Source: Eledone cirrhosa
Lineage: Eukaryota
Assembly: GCA_964016885.1 (NCBI GenBank)
Contig: OZ024740.1
Coordinates: 332,444,001-332,508,000 of the forward strand
Direction of reading: 5' to 3'
Length of the DNA: 64,000 bases
Below, one piece after another: positions 14,300 through 29,113 of the stretch. The notes below the pieces were generated by a model, which was not told where the DNA came from, searched no databases, and saw only the letters and a program-made list of their open reading frames with translations. How positions within the stretch are numbered: position 1 is the stretch's first letter; each line of letters opens with the position of its first letter. The translations under genes were made by a program, and so were the position numbers.

Positions 14300-15145
14300 A
14301 TATATAATCAATAACTAGAAATAGAAGCCAGGACTATCCATCATCAATGGTCTACTAGCCATCATAGGTATTTCTTCGCATTTCAGACCATATAGCTCCG
14401 GCTAGGGCAATAGAATAACTAAATTAAGTTATTGGGATAAAAAGAGTTGGGTGGAGAAAGAGAGACGGATAAACAAACACGAATGGTGAGGCAACGTAAA
14501 GAGAGGAGAAATCAATTCAATGATTCATATTGAACATAATAACGTGCGAATATTGACGATAATGAATCATTGACTTGATTTTCCCATTTTTCCCTCTCTT
14601 TCCAGCTCGCCATTGTTCATTCATATATGCTTTCCCCTTCGCTGTGACCTGTCTTTTTCTCTTCCCTTACTGCTATCCTCTTTCTCTCTCCCCCTTCTCT
14701 CTCGTTCTCCCTCTTACTTTCACTCACCCCCTCTGCTAGTCACCCTCTCTCGGCTAGCCTCTTCCTCACACTTTCACTCACCCACTCTGTGCTACTCCCC
14801 TCTCTCTTACTTCCTCCATCGTCCCACACCGCACGAAATTCTTTCCTCGCTCACATTCGCACGGCCAAGATGTGTCTTTTGCTTTCTCGTCAATATTCGC
14901 ACGTACTTATGTTCAACATGACTTGATTTTCTCATTTGTTCCTCTCTTTACGTTGCCTCACCATTCGTGTATGTTTACCTATCTCTCTTTCTCCAGCCAA
15001 CTCTTTTTATCCCAATAACTTAATTTAGTTGTTGTATTGCACTAGCCGGAGTTATATGGTCTGTAATGCGAAGAAATACCTATGATGGCTAGTAGACCAC
15101 TGATGATGGATAGTCCTGGCTTATATGTCTAATTCTTTATTATAT
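14300..15145. mobile_element. Foldback element in (TA)n: ~260-bp arms (14300-14560 / 14886-15145) around a CT-rich spacer
   Basis: agccaggactatccatcatca...cgtgcgaatattgacga versus tcgtcaatattcgcacg...tgatgatggatagtcctggct. Confidence 0.85.
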
Positions 15146-15437
15146 ATATATATATATATTTCATGTGACCTACTATTTTCTATAAGCCAAACCTGTTTAT
15201 TTTAGAAATCCTGTTCACGTGCACGTGTGAGCTCGAGTAAGTGTTCGTATGCATATAAATCGGTATATATGCGTCAATTATTAGTATACATGATTATAAG
15301 TATATGTTGTGTGAAGCCAAGAAAATAGGCTTATAAAACTGAAAATAAAACAATCTGTAAGGAAAAGAAATTGAAGAAAAACTAGAAGTTTTGAATTAAT
15401 GATAAGAGCAAGACACATAACCATATGTACATAAAGA

Positions 15438-15499
<62 letters not shown>

Positions 15500-16639
15500 T
15501 AAACACAAACACACACACACACACACACAACGCGCGTATATACATACAAATATGTGCAAACACACAAACGCGTGCACGCGCAAACACACACCTGAAAGCT
15601 CTCTCGGACACACACTCTCACACACAGATATACGGGTTAACAGTCATTATAGATGACCGGTTTGAAATATCTATATGCGGCGATGGACATATCTATATGC
15701 GGCGCGCATGAGAGAGAGCGTTTTAAAAATATATTCCTGAGTAGCCTTTGGTGAACTGTATTTCTAAATATTCTGACTTACGTTTAGGATTTCTCGTTGG
15801 AATGTGGATGTAAGTGAATTCCCTTTAAACCTACTTCAGTGAGGGTTTCGTTGTAGTAGTATATAGTTTGATAGAGGAATAACACAGTATCATGGATTGT
15901 TGTTACTGGAGGCGTACACCGCTTTCAGTACTCTATGCGATAGGTTGATTTTCGAGGTGAAGTAGTGTCGATCCGAGATTCATTAATAGTAATAAAGGGT
16001 AGTCGACTACTACAAAATATCAGATTGGTCCACAGAAGATAGTAGAGAGGGATCAGTTAGTATATAAATACTACATGCCGCGCATTTCATCTGAGGTCAT
16101 GTTAAATATGTCATGTAATTCCTAATATTAATTAACTGTATAGTTCGTGTCCTTTGGTCAATGTTTCATTAGACCTTTCAGAACAATGGCTGGTAAATGC
16201 TTTAACCACCGACTGTGAAATATTTTTAATAGTCGATGTTTTAAAGAATTTGAAGAAACAATGATCCAAGGAGTCAAACTGTACAGTTACGCAATATTAT
16301 CTCAAATATAGACATTTTGAAGCTGGTCACTAACGGATCATGCCTAACGTACTACATACATAATAAACATATATCTCTCTTCGGATAATATATATATGTA
16401 TATATATTTGTAGGTATGTATGTGTTTATGTGAGTGTGCGTATGTATGTGTATGCGTGTATGGGTTTGAATGCAGTAATGATCCAGTTTGTATCTGGCTA
16501 GATATTAGAAACAGAACACAAGAAGACCTGATATAGATATTGTGGTTGAAATTAGCGAGATGACCATCATGTAAAAGATTAAAGGAGTTATGACGTTATA
16601 TATATATATGACGTTATATATATATATATATATGCATGG

Positions 16640-16701
<62 letters not shown>

Positions 16702-17080
16702 GTGATGAACATATTCATTTAAATATTCTACGTTGTAAAAACGGTCCGAAATTTAATAGTGCATCATGCATTTCTCTATTAAATGCGAGTTCAGCCACTT
16801 ACAACTCGTTAGAACCAATTGAGAGTATCCTTTAGCTATTTGATGAACTATCAGCTAGATATCACACATAAACAAACTACACAGCACGTGATGTGTAGAA
16901 ACATATAGGTATTCGCCAACGCTGAATGATTGGCAAATATTGGCGAATGTTGTGTATCAATCTACCGCCTTGTAATATATAGGAATATAACCGAAGGTGA
17001 GGTTCATCAGTTCAGTAATTGGTTGTTACTGTTCATATAACTATATATTACGCCCCAACTTCACACTCTCTCTCTCTCTA

Positions 17081-17111
<31 letters not shown>

Positions 17112-17198
17112 TTCTCTAACCCTCTCATTCTATCTCTCTCTCTCTTCATACACATATATATATATATACATAGAGAGAGAGAGAGAGAGAGTGAGAGA

Positions 17199-17328
<130 letters not shown>

Positions 17329-17340
17329 AAGAGAGAGAGA

Positions 17341-17710
17341 GAGAGGGTGAAATTGGAAATAGCACGGAAAATATATTTAAAGGTCTGTTTTTTCTTTTTT
17401 TTTAACCTTTCTTTGATTCGCCAAAGGAAGATGAATAGAACTTGTCTCAACACTTAATTTTAAATTTTTAAATTTTTATTTCTTATTAATTCTATTTAAT
17501 TGTAACACTCAATATTTGATAAGATCTATTTTACTAATACATCGAAACCGGTAATACATTTTATATTTTATATACATTATAACACTTTTTGCAATAAGGT
17601 CACTTGACGAATATAATGAAGAAAGACAGACCCTTTAATATATTTTCCGTGCTATTTCACCTTCTCTCGATAACCACCGTATTGTATAGAACCTTAATTG
17701 CCGTTTCAAA
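17341..17710. mobile_element. Foldback element between (GA)n and (TA)n with short arms, a tail and a degenerate hammerhead
   Basis: gaaatagcacggaaaatatatttaaaggtctgt (17356-17388) is inverted to 17626-17658. TTGATAA-GAT...ATC-GAAAC-CG-GTA-ATA at 17516-17556. Confidence 0.7.
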
Positions 17711-17758
17711 TATATATACATACATACATACATACATACATACATACATACATACATG

Positions 17759-17841
<83 letters not shown>

Positions 17842-17844
<3 letters not shown>

Positions 17845-18110
17845 ATGATATTAAATAGATGGAAACTATATTTATAAAACCATATTTATTTTATTATATA
17901 TATTTCAAGGATACCAAGACACATTGGTACGCTTTCATCAGATAAAATACAAAGTTTGTTTTATAAATAGAGACATACCCATGAAAATCATACCTTATCG
18001 GTTGGAAATTCACTGGATATCATTGAATATTTACTCCAGTAGGTAAACTGGTGAGTGCTCTAAATCAGTTATAAACATTCACATTTGTCGGACTTCCAAC
18101 AAATGAAATA
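17842..18110. mobile_element. Second member of the 7750-7980 PLE terminal-repeat family: inverted piece (17842-17970) plus forward tail piece (18017-18110)
   Basis: 17842-17965 is the reverse complement of 7775-7895. tatcattgaatatttactccag...gagtgctctaaatcagttataaac matches 7889-7942. Confidence 0.8.
17887..17949 (-). ncRNA. Minimal type I hammerhead ribozyme
   Basis: Minus strand: TATTTTAT-CTGATGA-AAGcGTACCAA-tgtgtc-TTGGTATcCTT-GAAA-TATATA-TA-ATAAAATA. Perfect 8-bp stem I. Confidence 0.8.
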
Positions 18111-18119
18111 CCCCTTCTA

Positions 18120-18692
18120 CTTAATGATGGTTGGAAAATCACTGATGAAGGACTATTTTTATCATATGTAACCCATGTACAAACCACGCAGTATTCTTCT
18201 TTCTTCTCATGTTTTTTATATATATTTACCTCGGCTGCGTTTGTCTGTATCTCTCTTACTGCTTCCCCGCTCTCTCTGTGTCTCTCACCTTCTTTCGCCC
18301 CCTCTGTCAGTTACACTTTCTCTCGACTGACCTCTTCCTCACACTTCCACTCACTCACTCTCTGTTTCTCCCCTTCTCACTTCCCCCCGTTTTGCTTGTG
18401 TGGGTCTCTTCTTGCTCACATCTCACACACATCAACACGGTCTGTACCTCTCTCGTTCATGAAATCCACCCAGCTTATGCTGACCGGACAACGATGTTGC
18501 TTGTTTATTTTCCTATCTTCGGTTTGCTTTTATCCTTCTATGTTGTTTACTTGTCCTCCTCGCCTTACGCGAATTCTGGTCCCAATAACTTTTTTCAGTT
18601 ATTGCTCGCACCAACCTGAGCTATCTGATTTTTAATGCGTTGAAATACCAATGATGGTTGAAAAATCACTGACGAAGGACTATTTTTATCAT
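18120..18692 (+). mobile_element. Diverged relative of the 14300-15145 family with a direct terminal repeat
   Basis: cccaataact...taatgcgttgaaataccaatgatgg...actgacgaagga resembles 15010-15110. aatgatggttg.aaaatcactga.gaaggactatttttatcatat occurs at both 18123 and 18650. Confidence 0.6.
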
Positions 18693-18742
18693 ATATATAT
18701 ATATGTCTGTGTGTGTGTGTGTGTGTATGTATACATATAAGT

Positions 18743-18900
18743 AGGTGGCGAACTGGCAGTCGTTAGACCGTCGGATAGAATGATTTATGTTATCAATTCC
18801 GGCTCTCTGCTTTCTGAGTTCAAATTCCACAGAGGTCATCTTTATCTTTCATCCTTTCGAGATCGATAAAAATAAATGTACAGGTCTAGCACTGGGGTTG
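18743..18900 (+). mobile_element. tRNA-type SINE
   Basis: B-box-like gagttcaaattcc followed by tttcatcctttcgagatcgataaaataaa...cactggggt, shared with the other copies. Confidence 0.75.
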
Positions 18901-19409
18901 ATTCTTCCTTAAAATATTTTAAATACCCAAGAAACGCCGTATGTCAATACGGCGCCCCTACGACTATACTCGGACCTACGGGACGATATACACATATATC
19001 TAAGTACATATATACCTGCTGAGCAAATACTTATTATTTGTACGGATTAAAAGGTTAAGCAACAAAATTAAGCTTTAACCTAAGCGGGATCACCTGAAAC
19101 TAATAAAAATTGATCCCTAGAGACAGAAGTCAACAATTCAAAACGTTATGGCCGAATATTGCCTTTAGAAAACATGAATAAAAGCCTATCTATATTAACA
19201 ATATACGAATCAATTCTATCAAGCTAGAACGCTTTCGTCCCAACATCCTAAATTCTGAGATGTTAATCCATACTATATTCGGGGCAGGATAATACAATGT
19301 ATATAATTGTCTTAAATTCCTACACAATATTAGAATATAAGTAAATATAAGAATTAAAAAAAAAACAATGTTTCATAAATGAATATGTATATGTATATAT
19401 GTTTACATA

Positions 19410-20594
19410 CGGGGACGACTGACACAGAAAACAAATACATATGAAACTCGAATTTTGTCTATGAAATCTGCGATTTTTTTCCTACAGAGCTAGTCAGGTT
19501 TCATTGTATTTTAATTTCTCTTCGTAGAATTCGAAATCTGATGTACTCAGGCTTTAAATGAAAACTGAAGAAACTCGAGTATCAAGCAGTGATCAAATAT
19601 CTGCAGATAACTTCAGCTGTGATCCATAAATACAGGCAACGCAAATTAGGGGACGACTCCTCTTCATAAGCCACGGTCAAATGCTGAATCAATGAATTCA
19701 AGTGTGGCAAGGAATGTGTGGAATATGACCCGAGGTCAAGGATGTCATGAATAGTAACCACACCAGACATTAACCTTGACCTTGGGATGTTGATGGATGA
19801 TCGACGACTGTAACTTTGTCAGATAGCAAATAGGTTAGGCATCTCCTAGGAGCGAATCAATAATATTCTGAAGAAAGAGCTACGTTTCAGAAAGGTGTCA
19901 GCACGGTGGTTTTCACGTCTTTTGAGTGTAGAACAGAAGCGCACTCATCGCATCATGTTCTCCACAAACCTTTTGAAGCTGGCACGATCTGTAACTATGG
20001 ATGAGACCTGCGTTCGTCACTACGAACCTGAAACAATGGTGAAGTCTAAACAGTGGAAGTACAGACCGTCATTGACACCGGAGAAGGCCAAGTCACACTA
20101 TATGCAGGAAAGATCAATGCTACCATTTTCTATGATGTCCAAAGAGTGCTGTTCATGGATTATCTCTAAAAGGACCACAGCATCACAGGACAATACAACG
20201 CCGACTTGCTTATACGTCTGCGCGAGAACATCAAGAAGCGGCCAGGACTGCTGATGAGAGGGGTTTGTTCCATCAACACAAAGCTCTTGTCCACACATGA
20301 GTGGTGGCAAAGGCAACAATCCATGACTGTGTTACAATTTGCCTCTCATTCAGTATATTCACAAGACAACGTGCTCTACGACTTCCACCTGTTCCCAAAC
20401 ATGAACAAAGATATGGGTGGATAAAACAACGCCAAGATGATAAAGTGTAAACACTTACAGTGGGAACCTAACTAACGACAAACTTCAGCACCGGTGCAAG
20501 AAATGTGTGGACTCAAACTTGAAAAAATTAAACAATGACATATTTGTATACACAACCATTTCTTGGAGGCGTAACACTATTCAGTCGCACGTTA
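19410..20594 (+). mobile_element. Degenerate mariner transposon (transposase pseudogene)
   Basis: Frameshifted motifs EYQAVIKYL, SARWFSRLLS (WVPR-like), VTMDETCVRHYEPET..SKQWK and YSQDNVLYDFHLFP (YSPDLAPSDFHLF-like). Weak TIR remnant cgactga/tcagtcg with TA flanks. Confidence 0.85.
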
Positions 20595-20731
20595 TATATA
20601 TGTGTGTGTGTGTGTGTGTGTATGTGTGTGCGTGTGTGCGTGTGTGCGTGCGTGTGCGTCTGTGTGATTGCAGGCCGGTTCTGATATGCACACAATATAT
20701 TATTCCACACGCTCACACAGACACAGACACA

Positions 20732-20770
<39 letters not shown>

Positions 20771-21384
20771 CATGAGTGTATGTAATTGTGTGTGTCTTTC
20801 TCTGTAGTTTTGTACATATTTTGTCTGTGGTTATTTTTCCATTCAAGCGTACATTTTGATACTATTTGTATTTAATGTGAGTTGCTTACCCTACTTGACC
20901 TAGTCTAAGTTCGACTGAAAAATCCATCAATCAGAATTTCTCACCAATATTGATTGAGAAATAGTTTTTATACAATCATCATTTTGTATTATTATAAATG
21001 TTTGTGAGAGTATAGTTCTAATATATCAGTGACTTTAAAAGGTATTGTTTTGTAGTCATTACAAATTGCTAAAGAAAGTGCTTTAGCAATATTTGTATTT
21101 TAGATAAAATATTTATTATCAATATTGAATTGATTCATGATCATACTATTGCAAGTAAGCAGAATCAGTATTCATATACATCTGATAAAATATCTTGATA
21201 TTTCGAAATGTTGTTTAAGATGGTTAACGGAAACCCATTGTAATATGTGTTTGTTAATTGATTAAAGAAAATGAAATCGGAGACTTGTCTTAACTTTGAT
21301 GTTGTGAATAAATAAAAGAGGGAGAAACATGTGTTACTGACAGAAAACAGAAATAAGTGTACAAATGTTTAATAACAACAACAG

Positions 21385-21680
21385 CAGCACAACTCTAACC
21401 AAAGCTACTACAACAATAAAGTAATATTGATTATGTGTTCTTAGAAGAAGAAGAAGAAGAAGAAGAAGAAGAAGAAGAAGAAGAAGAAGAAGAAGAAGAA
21501 GCACAACTCTAACCAAAGCTACTACAACAATAAAGTAATATTGATTATGTGTTCTTAGAAGAAGAAGAAGAAGAAGAAGAAGAAGAAGAAGAAGAAGAAG
21601 AAGAAGAAGAAGAAGAAGAAGAAGAAGAAGAAGAAGAAGAAGAAGAAGAAGAAGAAGAAGAAGAAGAAGAAGAAGAAGAA
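21385..21680 (+). repeat. Direct duplication of a ~57-bp unit, each copy followed by (AAG)n
   Basis: agcacaactctaaccaaagctactacaacaataaagtaatattgattatgtgttctt at ~21386 and ~21500. Confidence 0.9.
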
Positions 21681-22299
21681 AATATTATTAAGAAGAATTA
21701 AAGAATGACAATGCAAAAGTTTCGGATAAAATATTTAAACTGCAACTAGAGTACTTGCCAAGATTTTGTTTCATAAAAGAGACAAACATTATATCAATAT
21801 TTTCTTTTGAGTTCTTTTCTCCATGGAAACTCATTTTCTTCAATAAGATTAAAGGAACTGCAGAATTATATCCTGCTTGGCTATATTGTACGAAAATGTA
21901 CTGTCAATATTATCACAAAAGATAAGTGCTCACTTGAAACCACATACAATCAGGAAAATATCACATAGATATAAAAAAAAAACATGAGAATCTTAGTAAC
22001 ACATCTTTTAGACTTGATATATTTTCTCATTGTCGGTTTCTAGAATCATTAAGTATGTATACGATATACCACTTACAATAGATTTGATCAAATACACTAC
22101 AATTAAACATCACCTTAATCTTAATGGCACCGAAGAAGAAAGGAAATATGAATTCAAATTGCTATGCGGCTGGAACTCTTGGATCAAGTCTTTTGGAGGC
22201 AATTGGTGGGGAAGCTGTCGAACAGGACATGTGTGACGGGAATGGAGTTGTTAAAAATTCACCACAGTTGGTACAGGCATCCATATGATCTCATCATGC

Positions 22300-23540
22300 A
22301 GTTGTACCACAAAATACGCAACAGGTTTATAGCCGCAGAAAAATAAAAGGCACAGTAAAACCGGAGGAAGAACGAAATGGAACAAGGCAATTGCAATAAA
22401 ATTGCAATCAAAAGTCATATTTTAGCAAAAGAGGGAGGAACACTTGGTAAGATTTAAAGATGCTTCAGCATTAGAAAAAAATTTTGGAATGCTTGAAATC
22501 AGTGTTAACAATTTGATGGGACAGATAACGAAAATTAGAAGGAGCATTGGCTTACCAAGGTTGAATTAGATGTTCTGGAAGTTCAAAGAATCTATATCAA
22601 TACTGAAGATAACATATATGTGGAATCTGGGAAACATAGAGATCATAATGACAATAAATCAACACAGGGAAAATTAGCGTAACAAAATCCTGTTTAGAGC
22701 GAAAATGATGAATTACTAAACGTGGAGGGAGTGGAGAATCAAGTGACTGACGATGTGGACATTGAAAATGTAAATAAAAATGAAAATAAAGAAATTGAAG
22801 AAACAAGATTGATTATGTAATAATTGTTTAATCATCTTGGATTCAAGACGACTCCGGAATATAGAGAGAAATCGTTTAGATTTGCAATGATGTACACTGA
22901 AATCAATGATATCACAAACTCGAGAAAGTTAAATAGCGTTGCAGGGTTTATTATTGGTGAACGATTAGATATTACACAAACAGAAAGGGAAAAATTTAAG
23001 AAACCCTGGGGAAAAATAAAATGGAAAGAAGATATAAATAAACTCAGAAAAGATCTAGTAAAATTGAATGCATTAAATAGCGGAAAATGGACGAAGACCA
23101 AAATAGGGGAGAAATGACGCATGGATATTAGGTATTGAAAGATATGTTGAAAGATATGTATGTAATGATGGAAGAAGTGATGCAGCGAATTGAAGCAATA
23201 TCTATTCGGGTTAAGCACGAAACACGAACGTGTTAAGGAATATGTATAAACTAGAAGAAACAAATAATTTTAGGTTGTGTGGGAAGATGGTGGAAAGTGT
23301 GACACATATTGTGAGTGACAGTGACATGATTGCGCAAATAGAATATAAAAAGGCGTCACGATAAATGATAATTACCAATCTATTGGTCTTTATGTAAGAC
23401 ATATGGTTTGCAACCACTGAGAAATGGGATCACAAACTAGAGATGTTCTTCGAAGACGAGACTGTGAAATTGTTTGGGCAATTTATAATCCAGTCAGAGA
23501 TAGTTCTTGAAAATTCAAAGCCCTGCTGACAGGACAACCA
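22300..23540 (+). mobile_element. Internally deleted, degraded R4/Dong-like non-LTR retrotransposon
   Basis: N-terminal KKPWGKIKWKEDINKLRKDLVKL (PPWK.RLE..I..LRKD-like) followed by a C-terminal RLCGKMVESVTHIVS..MIAQIEYKK zinc-knuckle region. The RT domain is missing. Confidence 0.65.
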
Positions 23541-26500
23541 TACGTGTAGAATTTGTCTCCAACTTGCAAAGTTCCTTGGTAGTGAAATGTATCCAAGTTC
23601 CAGGACTGAAAATCCTCTGGAAAAGAGTGGCTTGTTGATGTTCGTCGAACTATAGAGTCTCCTCAAGAACATCGCCATTGTTGACTGCCACTAAACCTCT
23701 ATAGAAATCTAAAGTGGATTTTAACCGATTACACTGGTCTTTTAACCAAGGCCTGTGAGCGCTTGAAGATAGTGCAGTTTACATAAAAAAGTAATTGTCA
23801 AAAACGAAAATGACCCTTAACAGACGAATATTTGAAGGATTCTCCTTTTCTCGATTATTGTATTTTCTGACTAAAACTTCCTCAATCAACACCCGGGATA
23901 GAATTATTTATACACAGACCATGCATAAATCGTGCTATATAGCTTATGACAACCAATTCGATTCTCTGAGAGACGCATAGCTCATATACAGAAGGATTAT
24001 TAAAATTAAATGCCACACGTTAAACTTCAAATATAAAAAAGATAATGAGATACTGTTAGATAAAGAAACTCTGATAACAGGTCTACACTAAGAAGAGACT
24101 CAATAATAATTAGAAACGAATGAACCAAGCAGATTACTACGCACCGGTCGCCGGCGAGACCTCAGGCGTACTTGGTCCCCGTACTGTCAAGCTCCACCCC
24201 GTGATCTGAAAGTCGGCGAACAAACTGATAAAGGAGCCCCATGAGATAGGTGTGGCTGTTGCAGCAGGTGTCGCTGGTTATTAGCTGCTGGAATGTTTTT
24301 TGCAGTTGTGATCAGGGACGAGTGCGCAGCCCCATTACAGACGCACCTTAGGCCCAGAGACTAAACAACCTCTCCTCTCCATTCTTCTGTGAGACTAGAG
24401 GCCTTCTCTCCCTTTTCCGGTTTTTTTCTTTATATTTTTTATTTTACTTCCTATCCTTTCTTCTCATTCTAATTTTTTTTGTATTAAACTTTATTTACAT
24501 GATATCCATAAATAAATTATTTATATACCCTCCCCCACAAAAAGAAAGATCTCCAACATAGTTTAAATGTAAAAGATTGATAATTAAATCTGAGCTATAT
24601 TCTAAAACAAAAATAAAACATCAATATTCCAGCTGTTCCAAGCTCAGCCTTTCAACTGAAAACTTAAGTAAATTAGCAGGACTATATATGTAACGAATAA
24701 AACCAATTACACAACTCATTCAAACTATTCCTAAAGCTGCATCAAAAACTCCAAACTTCATTCAAAACTTTGAGTTAATCATAACCTCAAAATAACGTGG
24801 CCATAAATTTGAAATTGCTTCCAATCTCTTACGTTATGCTGAATTTCACAAGCACCATACAGATCTAGATCTAAACCCGGCTCTGCCTCACCTACAAATA
24901 TAACCCTGCACAGAGGCTTGATGCGACACTAAGGTTATAGTGAGTACTTTTATAGAAATAAAAAATTGTCGCATATAAGATATGTTTCCATCAATCCATT
25001 TGCAGCTGCCATAGCTAGAATAATACAAAGCCACATATGTTGAGGTCTATGCAAGTTTCAAATGAAGTCATACATTTGAAGATTCTAGAATAAACTAATA
25101 TCGTTAATGAATTCTTAAAAATGAATTTAAATATTGAATATGTGAAACCACGTTTCAACTAATGGTTGAAATTGGTAGACAGGAAGTATTTATGAATCTA
25201 TCAAATTATGATATTCAAATAAATAATAATAAACGTTATTATAATATTAGTATGAGTTTATTCACTATCAGAAGTACGACGAATGATGAACATGGAGACA
25301 GATAATTGTACATCATGTAAACTAGCCAAGAAACCACTAGTTAAAGTGAGATAAAAACACACTCTCACTTTCTTATTTCTGTCTGTCTGCCTGTCTGTCT
25401 CTTCTCTCTCTCTCTGCAAATCTGTCCATACACATATATATATGCGCATATATGTGGGCCTGTGGGATTTTATACTATCTTCTTATATATTTGTAGATAT
25501 ATTTATGGTTGATCATTTATTATTTTCGCAGAGTTTTACTATCGCAGGCGGGTCATATATATAAATAATCAGATCGACTTCAACCGCGAATGTCATAAAA
25601 TATTTAACAGAAATGATGTTGCGATGAGTTGTATATGTACTGCTTCTATAGCCAGTATAAGACGAAAACTGTCCAGTACAGCAGACAAAACTATTATCCT
25701 CTTCTAATTGATTGAATTAACCCTAATATCTATCTATGTAACGGATATGATTAACATCAGTTTACGTCATTGAAATTTGTCTTACACATAACTGAAACAA
25801 TAATCTATATGGAGATGATTGACAATACTTAACGAAAACAGATAGTCGGAACATATGTAACAAATTATACAACCAAAACAAAGGTCTTCGCTACGACCTG
25901 AATATATATGAACTTATGATAACATTAACAATATTAATATCGATTAGTTAATTACAGAACGTCATAACAGCCTACATTAATGGCCCAAATACGTTAGATT
26001 TGTTTCTCTTGAAAATATATAACCAATAACATTGTTTATATTTTAAATATTTGTTGCAATTTCTGAATTTCTGCAGATACACTCCTTGTTATTTTTTTAG
26101 GAATTTCCCATAACCAATATAGATATTTCTTACATAAGTGATTCGATTCACATATTGAAATATTCATAAAAAAATCTGTAACATAACCGGTTTCCCTATA
26201 TTTCTGTCTTATACATATTTTATACAGAAGACATAACTGTCATGTGTTTTTGCATATGGCGAATAGACAAAAAAAATTATCTCGTTGTTTCTTCTCACAA
26301 ATCAATAGACGAATCTTTTTGTTACAGCTCTAAACCTCTAATCATATTTAGATGTACTTACGAATATTTGTGCATCGTTCAAATCAAAAAGCTCATTACA
26401 AAACTCGTTGTATCAAATGACGGAGGCTCACTCTCGCATAAGGGATACTGACTCTATTTCATGCCATTAGGAAATGTTTATGTCTATCAATATATATATA

Positions 26501-27314
26501 GAAATGGTTAGTACATTTTAATTCCTTTCTTGATTATTAGATTTTAATGTCTAATGAGGAAATGATAGATTCTAGTCGGCGAGTTTTCTAATACTAAATC
26601 TATAGATATATTTGCAGCATATTTAAGTGATCTGTTATTATTTCTGGCAATATTATTACAACAACATGACCCTCCCCATGTATGTATATATATATGATTG
26701 TGTGTGTGTTGTGAGTTTCTGTGTGTAGTGGGTTTAATTAATTAATAGACTAGGGCATTAAATGAAGGTAGTGTAAATATAAAATATTGAAAACAAGTTC
26801 ATAACGACCTAAATAAGCTAAAATAATATGAAATACACATTAAATAAATAGAAAACCAAATACAAAAAAAATAGAAAAGACGGAATGTGAATAAAAAAGA
26901 AGTTAAAAATTCACATGCGCTTTCATTTTTGTAATTTACTTTTTAATTAAATTTCGCCCAACTCCCAATTCTTTATATTCTACAGAGTCATCATGATATC
27001 TATGTAAAACAGATATCAAATTTATCACAAAAATACAAACAACACAAGCTGTAGTATTGCAGATGCCCACATATATATGTTTTTCTATGCGGTATTATGA
27101 GATGAAATTGGTTGAGACTCCAATGATACTATACACAAATTTACGTATTCTAATCGTCGCACGGGTACGATTCAAATACTATATACATAGTTATATACAC
27201 ACAAATCCTACTCTTTCTTACGCGAACACACACAGTCACACACAAAAGTTACATATATAATTGAGTATATATACTTCAAATTCAAATACATATGTATTTC
27301 AATGTGTATGCATG

Positions 27315-27349
<35 letters not shown>

Positions 27350-27445
27350 ATATGTGCATATATAACTATATATTCATGCATACACATTCAAACACACAGA
27401 TAGACACACACATATATGGATTTTAGTCTTCAAATTTATTATTAT

Positions 27446-27482
<37 letters not shown>

Positions 27483-27871
27483 TATGTATACATGAGAAGT
27501 GCATTGAAGTGAAAATTATTACCATTAAGACACAGTGCTGCGTCGGCTTGTACATTTTATAAGAAATTTAAACCAATAAAGCGAAGCTCGAGAAGTAGCT
27601 ATGAAGAATTAATTTTCCCATAAATGTTTGCCGCGAAAAACATGCAGAGTTTACTTCTTCCTGTATTTATTTTGAATATATTTCTAGGAATACGCAGTAT
27701 TCTGATATATATGAGTGTCAAGAAGTGACAGCATGGAGGGTTGCGGAAATTTAATTAAATTTTATATATATTTTTTTCTCTAAAGGCATTTTAGTTATAT
27801 TGCTTCGGGCGTAAACCATGTGACTATATACAGATGTTGCCAAATTTAAGCTTCTAAATCTTTCTTAAGCA

Positions 27872-27904
<33 letters not shown>

Positions 27905-27905
<1 letters not shown>

Positions 27906-29113
27906 CACACCCGCATTCAACACCTTCCCGACCACCAGTAATACTAACACCCACTAACACCCTCTCTACCACACACACCCTCATCCAATCACGCACACAC
28001 ATACACTAGTACACTACACTCCCTACTCCGTCCCCAACACCTTTTATCTCCCTTTTATCTCCCTCTCCCCGCTGCACCTACACCCCTTCACACACACACA
28101 TCCCACTAACACCTCCACTAATATACACCCCATCCCCCCACACCAACACCTTTCACACCTACCCATGCTCTCCCCTGTCCACAGCACCTCCGCACACACA
28201 GACACCACATACAGACCCATTCTTCACCTGTCATCCTCCTCTACTGCTGTCTCTTCATCCTGCCTTGACCCTCTGACCACTTCCTGTTGTTTGCGCACCC
28301 CACACTCTCAACTTCCGCACTACCACGATTGGATTCCACACCACCGGTCATCGTTCCAGCTATCCACTCTATAAAATGAGAAATATCCAACTACTTATCG
28401 CACATTCCACGGAACTACCTTAGGAACTTACCCACGAACACACACTCACATTTTTTTTTCGAACCACGCCCCCTACACCCATACCACGTATAAACACAAA
28501 CACACATGTGCGTATCCCCACATACACACACTCAGACTCCGGAATCCACACCTTCTGACCCCTCTCCCTCCACACGCACGCACACACCGACTTACACCAC
28601 ACCCCACCTCATGTACACACCGGTTCCCCTTTACCTGAATGGAACCTCGTTCTTTCCCCAACTCTCACATTCACACACACACCCACACCCACACCCACAC
28701 ACCCACACACACCCACACACACACACACGCTCGCGCGCGCACGTACACCTACACGCATACACAAACACCACCTTCAGCCCTCCCCGCTCGGACCCCCCAC
28801 TTCCTCTCCCAACTCCACCCGCCACCACTCCTACATGCCTCACATCCTTCCACCACTTGTTTATTTTTATGTTTATTTTTATTTTTATTTGTACTTCTCA
28901 AAACATCGTTTTTCCTTCCTTTTCTCTCCCCCGCTTTTTTAAAATGTATTTCCACCACTCCCCCACACACCCTTGGAAATCTTTTCCTACCCACTTTTCT
29001 CCTGATGAAGCGCTTATGCCCGAAACATCATCCCCCCCCACACTCTCAAAAGCGTGAACCTAATAAACTACCATTTGTACTGCCTCTCTACTTTTTGTTC
29101 CTGTCCAATTTTT

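Noticed and set aside
15005-15125. Hammerhead in the 14300-15145 family (CTGATGA at 15100, GAAA upstream)
   Set aside because: No consistent stem I/II/III arrangement could be built by eye.
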